61,803 nucleotides of DNA, filler included, from Candidatus Woesearchaeota archaeon (GCA_003650545.1; 4 parts of 4 records of this genome joined end to end with filler, not necessarily neighbours in it); one strand, 5' to 3'. Counted from the whole stretch's first letter, positions 51,101 through 61,355 are shown. Notes: generated by a model not told the origin, from the letters alone. Numbers and translations: made by a program.

Positions 51101-51937
51101 TTGAAAATGATAATAGCAATAACAGGTGGAAAGGGAGGAACTGGAAAATCAACAATAGCTGTTGCGTTAGCTACAGAATTAGCAAAAGACAAGAATGTTC
51201 TTCTAGTTGATGCAGATGTTGACTGCCCAAACGATTACCTGCTTTTATCTGTTAAAAAAAAGAAAATTAAAGATGTAACATCAATGTTGCCCAAGTTTGA
51301 TTTTGATAAGTGTATTAAATGCGGTAGCTGCGCAAATGTGTGTAGAGAACATGCAATTTTATTTGTAAAAGAAAAATATCCGATACTTGTGCCTGAACAA
51401 TGCATAGGTTGCAAAGCCTGTATGACCGTATGCCCAACTGGGGCAATATTAGAAGAAAAACAAGTCATAGGATATATATATGGGTCAGAAAAAGATAATA
51501 TAAAATTGGTTACAGGCGAATTAAAAGAAGGTTTTGAAGAATCTTCACCAATCGTCAATGCTGTGAAAACACACATCTATAATGAGAAAGAAAAATATGA
51601 TTATGTAATAATAGATACTGCTGCAGGCACTCATTGTAGTGTTATCTCTGCATTACGGGATGTGGACTACGCAATTGCTGTAACTGAACCTACTCCACTT
51701 GGAGAACATGATTTAGCACTAATATTAAGATTGGCTAAAACCTTGGGTATAAAAACTGATGTTGTTATTAACAGAGCAACTATCGCAAATAACAAAAATA
51801 GCGAGAATGTTGCAAAAAAATTTGGTGTTGAGATCATTGCAAGAGTCCCTTATAGTGAGGAAATCTTAAGGCAATACTCAAAAGGAGAACCAATAAAACA
51901 CAAAAGCATCGAAACACTTGCTGCTAAATTAAAATAA
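51101..51937 (+). CDS. MinD-superfamily P-loop ATPase with inserted 2x[4Fe-4S] ferredoxin (COG1149-like)
   Basis: GGKGGTGKS, DADVDCPN, two CxxCxxCxxxC, DTAAG, VTEPT. Confidence 0.92.
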   Translation: MKMIIAITGGKGGTGKSTIAVALATELAKDKNVLLVDADVDCPNDYLLLSVKKKKIKDVTSMLPKFDFDKCIKCGSCANVCREHAILFVKEKYPILVPEQCIGCKACMTVCPTGAILEEKQVIGYIYGSEKDNIKLVTGELKEGFEESSPIVNAVKTHIYNEKEKYDYVIIDTAAGTHCSVISALRDVDYAIAVTEPTPLGEHDLALILRLAKTLGIKTDVVINRATIANNKNSENVAKKFGVEIIARVPYSEEILRQYSKGEPIKHKSIETLAAKLK

Positions 51938-51942
51938 TTAAA

Positions 51943-52833
51943 ATGAAATACATCACAATTTTGTCTGGCAAGGGCGGAGTGGGTAAGAGTAGTATTTCTG
52001 CTTCGTTGGCGGTTATGCTTAGCAAGAACTATAAAATTGTTGCTGCAGATTGTGATGTTGATGCGCCAAACCTTGCATTGGTGCTGGGTGTAAAAAAACT
52101 TAAATCAAAGAAAGATATCAGCACAAATGAAAAAGCAAGGCTTATTTTTAAGAAATGTATTTCCTGTAAACAATGCCTTAACACCTGTGTTTTCTCTGCT
52201 ATTAGCTGGGACAAAACAGAAAATATTCCTGTTTTTGATAGATTTCTCTGTGAAGGGTGTGGAAACTGTGCCTTGGTTTGTCCAGAAAAAGCAATTGAAC
52301 TTTATAAAGTTAAAAATGCAACAGTCAGTGAAAGCAAAACTAAATATGGCTTCCCAATAGTTATAGGACAACTTAAGATGGGCGAGAGTGGCTCAGGAAA
52401 AATAGTCACAGAGGTTAAGGATATAGCCGAACAGATAGGTCGTAAAACAAACGCAGATTTTATAGTCGTGGACGCTGCCCCTGGTATCGGCTGTCCTGTG
52501 ATTGCATCCATCAGAGAAAGTGATTATGTGATTGCTGTAACTGAGCCAACACCTTCTGGATTGGCTGATCTTAAAAGAGTTTTACGTGTGGTCGAACATT
52601 TTAAGATTCAATATGCATTAATTATTAACAAATATGACATAAACCCTAAAATAACAAAGAAAATAGAAACATTTGCAAAGAAAAAGAAGATAAATATAAT
52701 TACAAAACTACCGTACGATAAGGCATTTGTTGAGGCATTGGTTAATCTAACACCCATTGTAGAGTATGATAGAAGATTCGAAAACCAGTTTGAGATTATT
52801 AAGAAACATATAGAGGCGTTATTTTATGAATAA
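51943..52833 (+). CDS. MinD-superfamily P-loop ATPase with ferredoxin insert (paralogue)
   Basis: SGKGGVGKS, DCDVDAPN, two CxxCxxCxxxC, DAAPGIGCPV, VTEPT. Confidence 0.92.
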   Translation: MKYITILSGKGGVGKSSISASLAVMLSKNYKIVAADCDVDAPNLALVLGVKKLKSKKDISTNEKARLIFKKCISCKQCLNTCVFSAISWDKTENIPVFDRFLCEGCGNCALVCPEKAIELYKVKNATVSESKTKYGFPIVIGQLKMGESGSGKIVTEVKDIAEQIGRKTNADFIVVDAAPGIGCPVIASIRESDYVIAVTEPTPSGLADLKRVLRVVEHFKIQYALIINKYDINPKITKKIETFAKKKKINIITKLPYDKAFVEALVNLTPIVEYDRRFENQFEIIKKHIEALFYE

Positions 52834-54100
52834 AGAAGAACAAAATAAAAGTTATCTTAAAGATAAGAGTCTTAAAGAAGGTCAAAAAGCTGCGCTTGTC
52901 TCAATAATAGTTTCATTTTTATTAGCCGTAGCCAAAGCTGTTGTTGGTTTTATGTCTGGTGCGCTGGTATTACTAGCAGACGCTCTTGACTCTGCAAGTG
53001 ATGTTTTATCTAGTGTTATTGCTTACCTTGGCTTGGGCATAGCAAAGAGAAAACCTGACGAGAGGTTTCCTTATGGATATTATAAAGCAGAGAACCTCGC
53101 CTCTCTGATTATCTCTTTGTTGATTATGCTTACTGCTGGATTTTTTGGTTATAAAGGCTATCTGAGAATTTTTAATCCTACAGAAATCTCATATCCTTTC
53201 ATCACTATTGGTGTTGCTATTCTAGGTGGGGTTGTGGCTTTTATCATGTCGAACTATCTAATTAAAAAAGGAAATAATATTAATAGTCAAAGCCTAATTG
53301 CAAGCGGTAAAGACAGGCTAAAAGATATTTTTACTTCAGTACTTGTGTTTGTGGCAATTCTATTGTCGTATCTTAAAATTCCTTATGTGGAAGGTATAAT
53401 AACTATTGTTATTGCGGTTTTTATTCTAAAGATTGGTCTAGAGATAATCCGTGATTCAGTATTTGCTTTAATGGATGTAAGCCCTAGTAAGAATATTGAA
53501 AAAAAGGTTGAAGCTGTTCTGAAAAAAACAGCAGGAGCCAAACATTTCCACGATCTTAAGCTACGAAAAGCTGGACCGTTCATATTTGGAGAAGTTAAGG
53601 TTTGTATCAGGAAAAGCCTAGATGTTAGCAGGGCGCATTCGGTTGCAGAACAAATAGAAAATGAAATAAAGAAAAAGGTACCTAATGTGGACTCTATTAC
53701 TATACATATAGAACCTTACAAATCAAAAGTTCAGAATGTTTTGATACCTGTGAAGGAAGATAAAGGTTTGGACTCAAAAGTTGTTGGGCATTTTGGAAGG
53801 GCACCTTATTTTTTAATTGTTAAGATTAAAAATAAAAAAATTCAATCTTACCGCATCATCAGAAATAAATTTATTTCAAAAAAAATAAGAGCGGGTTTAG
53901 CTGTAGCAAAAGCAATGGCAGATGAAGATATAGATGTGGTTATACTACAGAGAATTGGTGAGATTTCATTCCACACATTAAGAGATAAATTTATAGAAGT
54001 TTATATAACTAAAGGTAAAACTGCTAAAGAAGTTATTGATTATTTCACAAATGATAGATTAAAGTTGCTAATTAGGCCAACACACACAAGTGAGAAATAA
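52826..54100 (+). CDS. Cation diffusion facilitator fused to a C-terminal NifX-like domain
   Basis: ADALDS.SD, PD..FPYGY.K.E, IHIEP, then HFGRAPYF NifX-like domain. Confidence 0.9.
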   Translation: MNKEEQNKSYLKDKSLKEGQKAALVSIIVSFLLAVAKAVVGFMSGALVLLADALDSASDVLSSVIAYLGLGIAKRKPDERFPYGYYKAENLASLIISLLIMLTAGFFGYKGYLRIFNPTEISYPFITIGVAILGGVVAFIMSNYLIKKGNNINSQSLIASGKDRLKDIFTSVLVFVAILLSYLKIPYVEGIITIVIAVFILKIGLEIIRDSVFALMDVSPSKNIEKKVEAVLKKTAGAKHFHDLKLRKAGPFIFGEVKVCIRKSLDVSRAHSVAEQIENEIKKKVPNVDSITIHIEPYKSKVQNVLIPVKEDKGLDSKVVGHFGRAPYFLIVKIKNKKIQSYRIIRNKFISKKIRAGLAVAKAMADEDIDVVILQRIGEISFHTLRDKFIEVYITKGKTAKEVIDYFTNDRLKLLIRPTHTSEK

Positions 54101-54101
54101 A

Positions 54102-54479
54102 ATGCCAAGACCAAGAATACTTAGAAGAGTTGGATTCAGACCAGGAATTGTATTTTTCAAACCTGCAGGAATAAGAATGGTTGACCTAGAAGAAGTTGTA
54201 TTAACTGTTGATGAATCTGAAGCCATCAGACTAAAAGACTACCTTAGCCTAGACCAAAAAGAAGCTGCAGAAAAAATGAATGTGTCACAACCAACATTCT
54301 CAAGGTTGGTTGAAGCAGCTAGAAAAAAAATTGCAGATGCTTTGGTAAATGGTAAAGCCATAAGAATTGAAGGAGGGAATTTCGAATATGTTGGCGGATT
54401 CGCTAGAACAGGTAGAGGAGGTAGAGGAGATAGAAGAGGTAGAGGCTTTGGTTGGGGTAGGAGAGGGAGAAATATTTAA
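54102..54479 (+). CDS. DUF134 HTH DNA-binding protein
   Basis: MPRPR..R, E.EAIRLKD, Q.EAA.KM.VSQPTFSR, ARKKIADALVNGKAIRIEGG; the ORF track starts it at GTG 54090. Confidence 0.92.
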   Translation: MPRPRILRRVGFRPGIVFFKPAGIRMVDLEEVVLTVDESEAIRLKDYLSLDQKEAAEKMNVSQPTFSRLVEAARKKIADALVNGKAIRIEGGNFEYVGGFARTGRGGRGDRRGRGFGWGRRGRNI

Positions 54480-54517
54480 ATATGGTGGGTTTTGATTAAA
54501 AAAGAGCAAATGGAAAA

Positions 54518-54934
54518 ATGAAAAAATTGTTATTTATGGTTCTGATTCTAATTTTGATATTTATACTTATAATTGGTTGCCAAAGAGCAAACCTTGACAA
54601 CAAAACTATCAAAATAAATGGGCATCAAATTACAATATTAGGTGACGATTTTAATAACAATACTATAGAAGAAATAATAGACGAGAATAACATCACCAAA
54701 TGTATTGGTGAAAAATCAAAACTTTATATTTCTACAGGGTGTCCTCACTGTAGACATCAGATGAATGTTTTTGGTGAAAATATAAAATATATAAACATTA
54801 TAAACTGTATCGAAAATCCTCGCAAGTGTGTCGAGAACGACATTTACGCTGTGCCAACATGGATTATCAATGGTGAGAAATATTTAGGTTACCATGATTT
54901 GGATGATCTTGCCTCAATAGCAGGGTGTAGATAA
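54518..54934 (+). CDS. Secreted thioredoxin/glutaredoxin-like protein
   Basis: Signal/lipobox IIGC; CPHC; cis-Pro VPTW. Confidence 0.8.
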   Translation: MKKLLFMVLILILIFILIIGCQRANLDNKTIKINGHQITILGDDFNNNTIEEIIDENNITKCIGEKSKLYISTGCPHCRHQMNVFGENIKYINIINCIENPRKCVENDIYAVPTWIINGEKYLGYHDLDDLASIAGCR

Positions 54935-54935
54935 A

Positions 54936-55637
54936 ATGGTTGCAGATCTAACTTTGGGAAAAATATTAAGCTTAGCAGCTGTTGATGCTGTCAACCCTTG
55001 TGCTCTCGCTGTCTTAACATTAGTATTAATTGCGATATTAATAAGGTACCCTAAAAATAGAATAAAAGTCTTGTATATAGGATTAATGTTTAGCTTATCG
55101 GTATATATATTATATCTAATATACGGCTTATTCTTAGTCAAAATATTTGCCAGCATACAGGCATTTGAGGTTATAAGGTTGTATCTTTATTATGCACTTG
55201 CTGTGATTGCTATTGTTCTTGGAACTCTAAATATAAGAGACGCTATTAAATATAAACCTGGAGGCATTGCAACAGAGATGCCTATGAGATTTAGGCCAAG
55301 GGTTAAAAAAATCATTTCTGGCATAACATCGCCAAGGGGTGCTTTTATTCTGGGTGCACTTATAACATTATTCCTACTACCGTGTACAATCGGTCCCTAT
55401 CTTATTGCAACTGGAATTTTATCATATTCTGACTTCTTGAAAACAGTTCCTTGGTTATTGATATACAATGTTGTGTTTGTATCGCCAATGATCGCTATCA
55501 CGTTGATCGTATATGCTGGTTTTACAACTGTTGAGCGTGTTTCTAGTTGGAAGAAAACCAACATCAGATGGCTTCACTTTTTTGCTGGTCTGATATTGCT
55601 TGGGTTAGGAATAGGAATGGCCACAGGAGTAATTTAA
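54936..55637 (+). CDS. CcdA/DsbD-like transmembrane thiol-disulfide protein
   Basis: DAVNPCALAVL and LLPCTIGPY in a ~6-TM protein. Confidence 0.82.
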   Translation: MVADLTLGKILSLAAVDAVNPCALAVLTLVLIAILIRYPKNRIKVLYIGLMFSLSVYILYLIYGLFLVKIFASIQAFEVIRLYLYYALAVIAIVLGTLNIRDAIKYKPGGIATEMPMRFRPRVKKIISGITSPRGAFILGALITLFLLPCTIGPYLIATGILSYSDFLKTVPWLLIYNVVFVSPMIAITLIVYAGFTTVERVSSWKKTNIRWLHFFAGLILLGLGIGMATGVI

Positions 55638-55753
55638 TCTTAACCTGACTCTAACCTTACTTTAGTTCCCTTACTTTAGTTCAGATATTTTGAAACTCAG
55701 TCTTGTCTGAAATTTTGGAGAAAAACATATAAAGTAGCGTTCATTCTTATCTA

Positions 55754-56839
55754 ATGGGGGCGATAAAATTGTCACTGTTTAAAGACATGCTTGGAGCTGA
55801 TGAGACCCTGTTCAAGAACCCTATAGCATTGGATTATGATTATCAACCAAAGTTGGTGCCATATAGAGTTCTTGAGCAAAGGACGATAGTTAATTGTATA
55901 AAACCATTATTTCAGCAGAGGAATGGAAAAAATGCTCTTGTTTATGGTGCTCCTGGTGTTGGTAAAACTGTCGCTACAAAACATATTATTCGCGAATTAG
56001 AAGAAGAAACTGATGAAATTATTCCGGTTTATATTAATTGTTGGCAAAAGAATACCTCATACAAGATAATATTAGAGTTATGTGAAGCTATTGGCTATAG
56101 ATTTATACAAAACAAAAATACTGAGGAATTGTTTAGAATTGTTAAAAATGTACTTAATAAAAAAGCAGCTGTGATTGTGCTAGATGAGATCGATAAGCTA
56201 GACAGCTTGGACATCCTTTATAATTTATTGGAAGATCTTTATAGAAAAACAATTGTGTTGATTACAAATTATAAAGAATGGGCTCTTAACTTAGACGATA
56301 GGATCAAGTCAAGATTGACGCCAGAGATGATTGAGTTTAAGGCTTATAATTTATTTGAAACTCGCGGCATTCTAAAAGAAAGAATTAAGTTTGCCTTCAT
56401 TGATGGGGTTTGGAGTGATGAAGCATTTAATTTGGTTGCTAAAAAAACATTCGAACTTGGTGATATAAGAATTGGCTTGCATTTACTAAGAGAAGCGGGG
56501 CAGACTGCAGAGAACGCAAGCAGTAGAAAAGTTGGGGTTGAGCATGTTTCTATCGCAATCAAGAAAATAGACGAGTTTTCTATTAAAAAGAGTTCTGAGC
56601 TAGAAGACGAAACTAAGTTTATTTTGGCTATTGTTAAGAAGAACTCTGGCGAGAGGATTGGTGAATTATTCAAGATCTATCAAAAAGAAGGTGGAAAGGG
56701 AGTTTATAAGACTTTTCAGAGAAAGATTGGTAAGTTAGCAGAAGGGAAATTTGTTTCGCTTCAGAGGATTGAAGGAGGAGCTGAAGGAAATACAACTTTG
56801 GTTAAATACAGCAGTAATAGGAGTTTGAAGGATTTCTGA
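55754..56839 (+). CDS. cdc6: Orc1/Cdc6 replication initiator
   Basis: L..DY.P..VP.R, GAPGVGKT, YINC, LDEID, RIKSRL, GDIR. Confidence 0.93.
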   Translation: MGAIKLSLFKDMLGADETLFKNPIALDYDYQPKLVPYRVLEQRTIVNCIKPLFQQRNGKNALVYGAPGVGKTVATKHIIRELEEETDEIIPVYINCWQKNTSYKIILELCEAIGYRFIQNKNTEELFRIVKNVLNKKAAVIVLDEIDKLDSLDILYNLLEDLYRKTIVLITNYKEWALNLDDRIKSRLTPEMIEFKAYNLFETRGILKERIKFAFIDGVWSDEAFNLVAKKTFELGDIRIGLHLLREAGQTAENASSRKVGVEHVSIAIKKIDEFSIKKSSELEDETKFILAIVKKNSGERIGELFKIYQKEGGKGVYKTFQRKIGKLAEGKFVSLQRIEGGAEGNTTLVKYSSNRSLKDF

Positions 56840-56842
56840 AAA

Positions 56843-57571
56843 ATGCAACCAATTGGTTTTACAACAGGAATAACACGTAAATTCAAACAATCCTTTGCTA
56901 AAAGTATCAATCTGATTGCAAAAACAAAAGCAACATCTATAGAGATCTCAGCTAGAACGCTACGCGAACTTAGAAAACTATATGCATTAATTAATTCAGA
57001 CAGATTTTATGGTGTTGAAAAAAATCTAGCCCAGTTCCATTATATATCATTTCATTCACCATGGAGTGGATTTGTTTTCAATTTTCAAAATCTAGATCTG
57101 TTAGAACGAATAAATGAGATTGCAAATAAAATAAATGCAAAAAATATAGTTTTCCATCCTGATATAATTAGAGATTGCAGGTTTTATAATTACATTGATG
57201 AACGTGCATCTTTTGAAAATATGGGTAAAGGAAAAGATGATTACAATGATGCAAAAAGTCTAGAGCAACTACATGAAAGTTATGGTAACAAACTTGTTTT
57301 GGACCTACAGCATCTCTGGGAAACATTTTCGCTTGATGATGGACAGAAATTCATAACAGAAACAAGAGAATATATCTCAGAGATACATGTTTCTGGCTAT
57401 AATGAATCGTCTATACATTGTTTATTCTCTGACTCAATTAATAAAAAAGAGATACTTGATCTGCTTAAAAAATGTCCTAAAAAACCAATAATTCTAAAAG
57501 GTGCGCCAAACTCTCTTAACATAGATGAATTAAACAATGAATTGGAACTTATTTTAGAATACACAGCTTGA
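56843..57571 (+). CDS. TIM-barrel (xylose isomerase/AP endonuclease-like) hypothetical protein
   Basis: SFHSP, VFHPD, FENM, LDLQH, EIHVSG, H. Confidence 0.7.
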   Translation: MQPIGFTTGITRKFKQSFAKSINLIAKTKATSIEISARTLRELRKLYALINSDRFYGVEKNLAQFHYISFHSPWSGFVFNFQNLDLLERINEIANKINAKNIVFHPDIIRDCRFYNYIDERASFENMGKGKDDYNDAKSLEQLHESYGNKLVLDLQHLWETFSLDDGQKFITETREYISEIHVSGYNESSIHCLFSDSINKKEILDLLKKCPKKPIILKGAPNSLNIDELNNELELILEYTA

Positions 57572-57738
57572 AATTCTTAAAACATTTAAGCGAATTGTCA
57601 CTGGACACTGGACATGTGCAGACAGGATTTATAAAGAACTGTTGTTTAGTCATTCTTAGACAAAATGGTCGGAACGGTTTTCACCCTTTTTCCGTTCCCA
57701 ATTAACCATTTTTAATAGTTTTAATTGAGGTGATGAGA

Positions 57739-57864
57739 ATGGCGGTTGATTGTAGTGTGACCACAATAGAGAAGCTGTTTCAAGAACAAATCAGCAAGCT
57801 AACAAAGAAAGCAAATAAGATAGCAACGTTTGACATGCAGTTTAGTGAATGGTGGTTGAGATGA
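57739..57864 (+). CDS. Unannotated 41-aa protein
   Basis: GAGGTGA RBS; MAVDCSVTTIEKLF...FSEWWLR*; ATGA overlap with the next ORF. Confidence 0.55.
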   Translation: MAVDCSVTTIEKLFQEQISKLTKKANKIATFDMQFSEWWLR

Positions 57865-58007
57865 AGCGAATGATTCCTGTGATTAAATGGATTGAGGAAG
57901 ACTTCGAGGATGATATTTATAATACAGAATCATTTGATGATCTTGAGGAAGAGGATTCTTATGACCCATTGGATCTCGCATTTATGATTGGCTATCTGTC
58001 AAGCTAG
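57861..58007 (+). CDS. Unannotated 48-aa acidic protein
   Basis: MKRMIPVIKWIEEDFEDDIYNTESFDDLEEEDSYDPLDLAFMIGYLSS*. Confidence 0.65.
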   Translation: MKRMIPVIKWIEEDFEDDIYNTESFDDLEEEDSYDPLDLAFMIGYLSS

Positions 58008-58032
58008 TTCTTCATTACTCCACACTCTAAGC

Positions 58033-58067
58033 ACCTCTTTCCTATTTGGGAAGAGGTTCTTTTTCTT
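58033..58067 (+). terminator. Hairpin plus T-rich tract, terminator-like
   Basis: ACCTCTTTCC-TATTT-GGGAAGAGGT followed by TCTTTTTCTT. Confidence 0.55.
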
Positions 58068-58162
58068 CCAAAATATTTGAGGAAAATTATCTAAAATCGT
58101 CTTTGGTTTCTAATAATCCTAATAAGAAAAAATTTATATAATTCAAAATAATAATAACAGCA

Positions 58163-58780
58163 ATGATAACTGATAGAGAAGACTTTATTGCCCACCCAGA
58201 GGTTTACTGGAGTAAGGTTAAAAAAGGAGCTTTGTTTATCTATCCTACTGATACGATTTATGGCATAGGTTGTGATGCTACAATAAAAATTGCTGTTGAA
58301 AAGCTTAGGAAATTGTTGAAAAAAAAACATCCATTGTCTGTGATAGTTCCAAATAAAAAGTGGATAAGGCAGAACTGTGTGATGAGTCGGCTGTTGAAGG
58401 AGAATCTATCTAAGCTACCAGGAGCATACACCTTCATTGTAAAGTTGCGGAATAAAAAAGCTGTTGCTAACAATGTTGGCTTTAAGGATACACTCGGTAT
58501 TAGAATGCCTGACAATTGGTTTACTAGTATGGTTCGTTATTATGGCAAACCAATTATTACTACCAGCGTAAATATTTCAGGTAAACAGTACATGACTTCT
58601 TTAAAGGATCTAGACCCTAAGATCCAAAAGAGTGTTGAATTTATTATTGAAGAAGGGGTATTAGATTGGCCACCTTCTAAGGTGATCGACTTAACTAAAA
58701 AGAAAGCTGAAATCGTAAGAAAAAAAGCTTCTAGAAAGAGAATAACAATATACACAAGACCTGAAGGGCATATTTATTAA
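58163..58780 (+). CDS. tsaC: L-threonylcarbamoyladenylate synthase (TsaC/YrdC/Sua5 family)
   Basis: YPTDTIYGIGCDA, PG.YT, GIRMP, TTSVN.SG, PS.VID. Confidence 0.9.
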   Translation: MITDREDFIAHPEVYWSKVKKGALFIYPTDTIYGIGCDATIKIAVEKLRKLLKKKHPLSVIVPNKKWIRQNCVMSRLLKENLSKLPGAYTFIVKLRNKKAVANNVGFKDTLGIRMPDNWFTSMVRYYGKPIITTSVNISGKQYMTSLKDLDPKIQKSVEFIIEEGVLDWPPSKVIDLTKKKAEIVRKKASRKRITIYTRPEGHIY

Positions 58781-58851
58781 CTAGTAGTGAAAAATAGAAA
58801 TGTTTTTAAAGGAAAGAAGACTATTTTAAAAAGAACTAAGAGGTTATATCT

Positions 58852-59850
58852 ATGTTGAACAAGGGGCGGGGGAGTTTTAATCCAGCTGACGAAGAGATTC
58901 CTAAGCTAAAAGATTTAAGATGTCTAAAGAAAGAATTTCTAGAGAGTAACCTAGAAGATATTTTTGATATAGAGAAACGTTGGGATAAGGACGTAAATAA
59001 AACTGAACTTGATCTAAGAAGAAAGATTAAAGGAATATTTGAACAACACGGATATACAGAAATTCATGATGTTCCTAACCAGCCGATCTTTCAAGTGACA
59101 GTTCCGCCTGGTTTTCAGTTTCAGAAGTTCAAACTAAATAAAAATAGTTTTTATGTTCTGTTCAAGCCTTTTTCTGAATTGAGCTGGGAAAAAGCGCTAT
59201 CTGAGATTATGCCTGTTCTACAAAGTTATGTTGAATACTGCTTAAATATGGAGAAGTTTGTGCAGCAACTTAATAACCAGCGTTATGAGCACAAAAAAAC
59301 ATTAATCGAAAAATTTGGAAATCTAGAAGCTCTGACATCGTCTGAAAAAATGCTAAACAGAGCAGAACTATATATATCTTCTAACAATAGATTGTACAAA
59401 GCTAGCATTGATTTTTTAAAAAGAGAATGTACAGATGGACTGGAACTAAGAATAGAGCCGGATAAATTAAAAGATGAAGAATTTAGATCTAAACTTATGG
59501 AGGTTAGTCAAGGTTTAGATATTTATTCTGTTGAGAATCCCAGCAAAATTTTAGATGTGGAGGATGTGATCTATCTCTCATTTGAAATTCTTCAAGAGAG
59601 ATATGACAAACAAAATAAAGGATGTTCTGATCTTAGTCTTGTTGAACCTATAGGTCTAGAATTTGAAGCTGAAGAATTATTTGAACGTAAATTTATTAAT
59701 TCTTCAGAGTTACCTCCTTGTGCCTACTCGATTAAGCCAGGAACATTGATGATTTCCAAAGATGTTTATTTTAAAGAATGTCCTAGTTGTCAAGAGAATG
59801 AAAAATGCCTTTATCGCACGCTGGCAGAATCTATGTATGAAGAACTATAA
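58852..59850 (+). CDS. Hypothetical protein with C-terminal Cys cluster
   Basis: 332-aa ORF; PPC...CPSC....C. Confidence 0.75.
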   Translation: MLNKGRGSFNPADEEIPKLKDLRCLKKEFLESNLEDIFDIEKRWDKDVNKTELDLRRKIKGIFEQHGYTEIHDVPNQPIFQVTVPPGFQFQKFKLNKNSFYVLFKPFSELSWEKALSEIMPVLQSYVEYCLNMEKFVQQLNNQRYEHKKTLIEKFGNLEALTSSEKMLNRAELYISSNNRLYKASIDFLKRECTDGLELRIEPDKLKDEEFRSKLMEVSQGLDIYSVENPSKILDVEDVIYLSFEILQERYDKQNKGCSDLSLVEPIGLEFEAEELFERKFINSSELPPCAYSIKPGTLMISKDVYFKECPSCQENEKCLYRTLAESMYEEL

Positions 59851-60071
59851 TGTTTATTTGATAATGCGATTTGAATCAAGATTTCAAAGCTCATTCTTGC
59901 AAATAAATTGTTGGTTATTGCGAAAAACTGAAACAATGAATTCTAAGGAACGGAAGAGTTGTTACCGATAAGTCGCAACCTTTCCGAAACATTTATAGAT
60001 TCTGCATTGTGTGCGTCAGGCTTTCTATTAGCGTAATTCTTGGTTTTCACGAAATGAGGAGGTTGGTATGC

Positions 60072-60461
60072 GTGAAAGAAAGAATTGTGCAGAAAAATTT
60101 TGTAGAGAAACTAGATACAATAAGGAAACTTGTTAGTGTGCGTTTTCCTAAGGTGGACATGCAGGATTTTAAGATGATGAGCAGGATTGCTCATTATCAT
60201 TATAACAAAAAGAAGTTTATGATAACTGGCGAGACAAAAGAATTTTACAATTTTCTTATTGAGAATGGCTACAATCCTTTTACAGTTTATCGTTGGCTTT
60301 TGTTAGAGAGGATTCCAGAGGATATAAGATTTCAGTTAAAGCAGAGGCAAATAAGCCAGAAAAAAGCTATTTCTAAAGCTTTTAGGCGTAGGCATGAGAA
60401 TGATTCAACTTTGGCTATTTCTATTAAGGAATTGGGCTTAAACCTTATTAGGAGGATGTAG
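60072..60461 (+). CDS. Hypothetical protein with a ParB-HTH-like segment
   Basis: GAGGAGG before GTG 60072; TVYRWLLLERIPEDIRFQLKQRQISQKKA; the ORF track starts it at 60009. Confidence 0.6.
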   Translation: MKERIVQKNFVEKLDTIRKLVSVRFPKVDMQDFKMMSRIAHYHYNKKKFMITGETKEFYNFLIENGYNPFTVYRWLLLERIPEDIRFQLKQRQISQKKAISKAFRRRHENDSTLAISIKELGLNLIRRM

Positions 60462-60464
60462 AAA

Positions 60465-60683
60465 ATGGGGAAGAACTATGCAAGACCAAACGCAAATAAA
60501 AGAAGTTTGCCAAATGTTTTTAATAAAAAGCAATTAATTAAGCTTTTTGAAGAAATTGACGACACAACAGTATTCATGGGTTGTATGATAGCTTTATTCT
60601 GTGGATTAAGAATAAGTGAGGTATGCAACCTAAAAAAGCAAGACATTGACCTAGAAACAGAAAAAGTTATAGATACTACCTAA
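60465..60683 (+). pseudogene. Truncated tyrosine recombinase/integrase (Xer-like)
   Basis: LPNVF...L, ALFCGLRISEVCNLKKQDIDL (box I) then stop; no HxxR or Tyr box II downstream. Confidence 0.8.
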
Positions 60684-60690
60684 TAAAAAG

Positions 60691-61353
60691 ATGGCAAATT
60701 TAGACAAATACGTGAAAATTGTAATTCTTTCAACACTAGAAAAGCCCAAAACCCTAGTAGAGATAAGCACGACTTGGTTCAAAAACAAAGGAAGACTATA
60801 TCAACCACAAATAATTAAAGAAATAAAAAAAGCAGTTGAAAGTGGATTACTAATACAGGATAAGAAGTTCTACGAGCCGAACATACCAAAACTATTTGAC
60901 TTATTACTTGCTGATTTAAGTCTGGGAGAACAAAAAAAGATTGTGGAAGAGTACAAAAACCGACTAAAGCAATTCTATGTAAATCTTGGAGATTACACTA
61001 GAAAAACTTACTTAAACTTTGAAATTATCAAAGTCTTTACTAACCTCGACCAAAGAAAAGCAGCAGAACTAGACCTCAAACTGCTAATACAATTACCGCT
61101 TTTGCTTAGATTTTTAGAGTATAAAGATAAAGACACAGCAAACATACTAATACAAATAATGAGCTTAGAAAACTATGTTAAACTAATAGAAAAATTAGAA
61201 ATACAAAACTACCACATCCTAAAAGAAAAAAAGCTAATTTATGATTTTGTAGAAAGCTTTGAATGGTTCTCAAAAATAATTGCTAAAATGCAAAAGAAAG
61301 GATTAACTATTTTCAAAAAAAATGTTCAAGCAATGAAAGATTTAGGAGGCTGA
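60691..61353 (+). CDS. Hypothetical protein, possible N-terminal winged HTH
   Basis: 220-aa ORF; KPKTLVEIS..W...L...GLL. Confidence 0.7.
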   Translation: MANLDKYVKIVILSTLEKPKTLVEISTTWFKNKGRLYQPQIIKEIKKAVESGLLIQDKKFYEPNIPKLFDLLLADLSLGEQKKIVEEYKNRLKQFYVNLGDYTRKTYLNFEIIKVFTNLDQRKAAELDLKLLIQLPLLLRFLEYKDKDTANILIQIMSLENYVKLIEKLEIQNYHILKEKKLIYDFVESFEWFSKIIAKMQKKGLTIFKKNVQAMKDLGG

Positions 61354-61355
61354 AA

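Noticed and set aside
55655..55753. Tandem 14-bp repeat CCTTACTTTAGTTC x2 and GTTCAG...GAAAC upstream of cdc6 as an origin
   Set aside because: The gap is only ~116 bp, the ORB match is weak and there is no G-string; a local duplication is sufficient explanation.
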